From contig OZ240215.1 in NCBI GenBank assembly GCA_965197585.1, positions 768,001-832,000 on the forward strand: a stretch of DNA of 64,000 nt, read 5' to 3'. Made by a program: the position numbers and the translations under genes. The notes beneath the pieces were generated by a model. That model was not told where the DNA came from, ran no database searches, and saw only the letters and a list, made by a program, of their open reading frames with translations. How positions within the stretch are numbered: the stretch's first letter is position 1; the number at the start of each line of letters is the position of its first letter. This document shows positions 62,222-64,000 of the stretch, one piece after another. This DNA comes from Dehalococcoidia bacterium (GTDB taxonomy: Bacteria; Chloroflexota; Dehalococcoidia; Plut-88900).

Positions 62222-63532
62222 ATGGCACACCACCACGGGTCTCCCTTCGACCACGCCGAGAAAGATACGCCTGTCAGAAAGACGGCTAGCTTTATCCTGG
62301 CGGGGCTGAGTGGGGGACACGGCATATTCCACTGGTTCAACCAGAGCTTCCTGGTAATGCTGCCGGAAATCGAAGCGACATTTGGCCTTAACAAGGTGCA
62401 GGTCGGGGCGATAACGGCGACGAGGGAGATAGCGGGGGGCCTGGTGATGCTCCCCAGCGGGGTAATCCTGGACATTCTCCGTCCTTACTGGGGAATCGTG
62501 CTGAGCCTGTGCATGTTGGTGTTCGGGCTGGGTTGGATCCTGACAGGACTGTCACCGGTCTATCCGGTGATCCTGATCGGGATGGTTATCGTATCGGTTG
62601 CCAGCTCGATATGGCACCTGCCGGCTATGGGGGCGTTATCGCACCACTTCCAACACCGGAAAGGTACGGCGCTGTCCTTCCACGGGATAGGCGGCAACCT
62701 CGGCGATTTTGTCGGGCCATTGGCTACAGGGGCAATCCTGACGGTCATGAGCTGGCGGGGCATCATAAGCGTGTATGCGGTGGTCCCTCTGTTGCTCACA
62801 TTCATCGTGTTCTGGGCGTTCAGGGACATCGGGTCTCGGGGGGTGGAGAAGCACCGGGAAAGAGGCTTGCGGGAGCAGCTGCAAATGACCCGGCTGCTGC
62901 TGAAGAACGTCACACTGTGGGTCGTGATGCTGGTAGCGGGGTTGAGGGGCATGGCCTACCTGCCGCTGGTGACGTTTCTACCCAGCTACATGACAGACGA
63001 ACTGGGATTCAACACGTTCTGGGTCGGGTTCCACATGGGGATGCTGGTCTTCATAGGGATAGTGGCGACACCGACGCTGGGCTACATATCGGACCGCATA
63101 GGCCGGAAGATCGTGATAATACCGTCACTTCTGGCGATGACTGCTCTGACGTTCCTTCTGGCGCCCTACGGAGAAGGGATACTGTTCTCGGTGCTGCTCG
63201 CGATGCTGGGGTTCTTCCTGTACAGCGACCAGCCGATATTGACGGCGGCGGTGCTCGATATGGTAGACCCCGAGAGCCAAGGGTCGGCCCTCGGGATCCT
63301 TTCGTTCGAGAGGATAGCTATGGGAGGGGTCTCGCCGATATTCGCAGGGCTGATATATGAACATTGGGGAATGGACTGGGTATTCGTCTATGCGGCAGCG
63401 CTACTGATCGCCGCGGCAGCGCTGTTGATGACGGTGAGGTTGGGGAAGCGGGACAAATTTGAGGGGCCGGGGCACGGAGACTCCCATGATCATGATCATG
63501 CTCACGAACACGAACACGGGCATGGGCACTAG
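62222..63532 (+). CDS. MFS transporter with His-rich termini (host chromosome)
   Basis: About 12 TM segments, GYISDRIGRK motif A, C-terminal HGDSHDHDHAHEHEHGHGH. Confidence 0.9.
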   Translation: MAHHHGSPFDHAEKDTPVRKTASFILAGLSGGHGIFHWFNQSFLVMLPEIEATFGLNKVQVGAITATREIAGGLVMLPSGVILDILRPYWGIVLSLCMLVFGLGWILTGLSPVYPVILIGMVIVSVASSIWHLPAMGALSHHFQHRKGTALSFHGIGGNLGDFVGPLATGAILTVMSWRGIISVYAVVPLLLTFIVFWAFRDIGSRGVEKHRERGLREQLQMTRLLLKNVTLWVVMLVAGLRGMAYLPLVTFLPSYMTDELGFNTFWVGFHMGMLVFIGIVATPTLGYISDRIGRKIVIIPSLLAMTALTFLLAPYGEGILFSVLLAMLGFFLYSDQPILTAAVLDMVDPESQGSALGILSFERIAMGGVSPIFAGLIYEHWGMDWVFVYAAALLIAAAALLMTVRLGKRDKFEGPGHGDSHDHDHAHEHEHGHGH

Positions 63533-63556
63533 GGCGCGGTGTGGTCGGGGCCGGAA

Positions 63557-64000
63557 TCAGCGGGCGGTGTAGCCGCCGTCTACGGCCAGCTCTGCGCCGG
63601 TTATGAAAGAGGCGTCGTCGGAGGCCAGGAATAGGACGGCGTTGGCGACGTCTTCATATGCGGTAAGACGGCCCAATGGAGTGTCGGCGATGCGCCTGGT
63701 GTCTTCGTCCTTGCCCCGCTTGGAGCCGATCATGGGTGGCGCAAAGCCCGGGTGGACGGAGTTGGCACGAATGCCGTCGGGGCCGTGTTTGAGGGCGAGG
63801 TCCTTGGTGAGCAGTCTTACGGCGCCCTTGGAGGCGACGTAACCTGAGTGTCCGACACCGAGGCCGACGAAGCCCATGATGGACGAAATGTTCACCATGA
63901 CGCCCCCGCCAGCCTTGCGCATCTCGGGAACGGCCCACTTTGCGCCCAGGAAAACTCCCTTAGCATTGATGTCGAGGAGCCGGTCCCAGTCCTCGGTGCT
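63557..64000 (-). CDS. Short-chain dehydrogenase/reductase (5' end outside the window)
   Basis: VNISS, YVASKG (YxxxK), IRANSVHPG, FITGAELAVDGG. Confidence 0.92.
   Translation of the reverse strand, partial: STEDWDRLLDINAKGVFLGAKWAVPEMRKAGGGVMVNISSIMGFVGLGVGHSGYVASKGAVRLLTKDLALKHGPDGIRANSVHPGFAPPMIGSKRGKDEDTRRIADTPLGRLTAYEDVANAVLFLASDDASFITGAELAVDGGYTAR

Overview
Positions 1 to about 61.85 kb are the right-hand part of a large integrative conjugative element (ICE) inserted at the 3' end of a tRNA-Ser(GGA). I found no second att copy, so the left boundary probably lies outside the window. A GAAC-N4-GTTC LexA box and the gene style suggest a Chloroflexota/Dehalococcoidia-like host (inference). 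From left to right: (i) lower-GC defence-like cargo (SIR2, HEPN-like, PD-(D/E)XK); (ii) a LexA-controlled imuB-dnaE2-SRAP mutasome operon without imuA; (iii) two Cre-like tyrosine recombinases, one catalytically dead and one intact, the intact one flanked by two loxP-like 13-8-13 sites with mutually inverted spacers and enclosing an outward-facing promoter; (iv) a 1729-aa secreted repeat-stalk sulfatase; (v) a minus-strand backbone with a PRTRC ubiquitin-like E1/E2/JAB/Ubl module, SF2 helicase, adenine MTase, RadC, SSB, TSCPD, Rad52/Sak and primase; (vi) a monoderm-type T4SS (VirB6, pilins, PrgI, VirB4, VirD4, Replic_Relax relaxase); (vii) a second lower-GC defence block (Hsp90-ATPase/DUF3883 protein and a HerA-NurA-methyltransferase operon); (viii) HTH/ImmR-ImmA-like regulators, AlpA and a P4-type integrase. 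Host MFS and SDR genes follow. The strongest novelty candidates are the Cre/lox-like invertible switch upstream of the surface sulfatase, the HerA-NurA-MTase operon and the ParB-less PRTRC module. All family calls come from reading motifs by eye; no searches were run.
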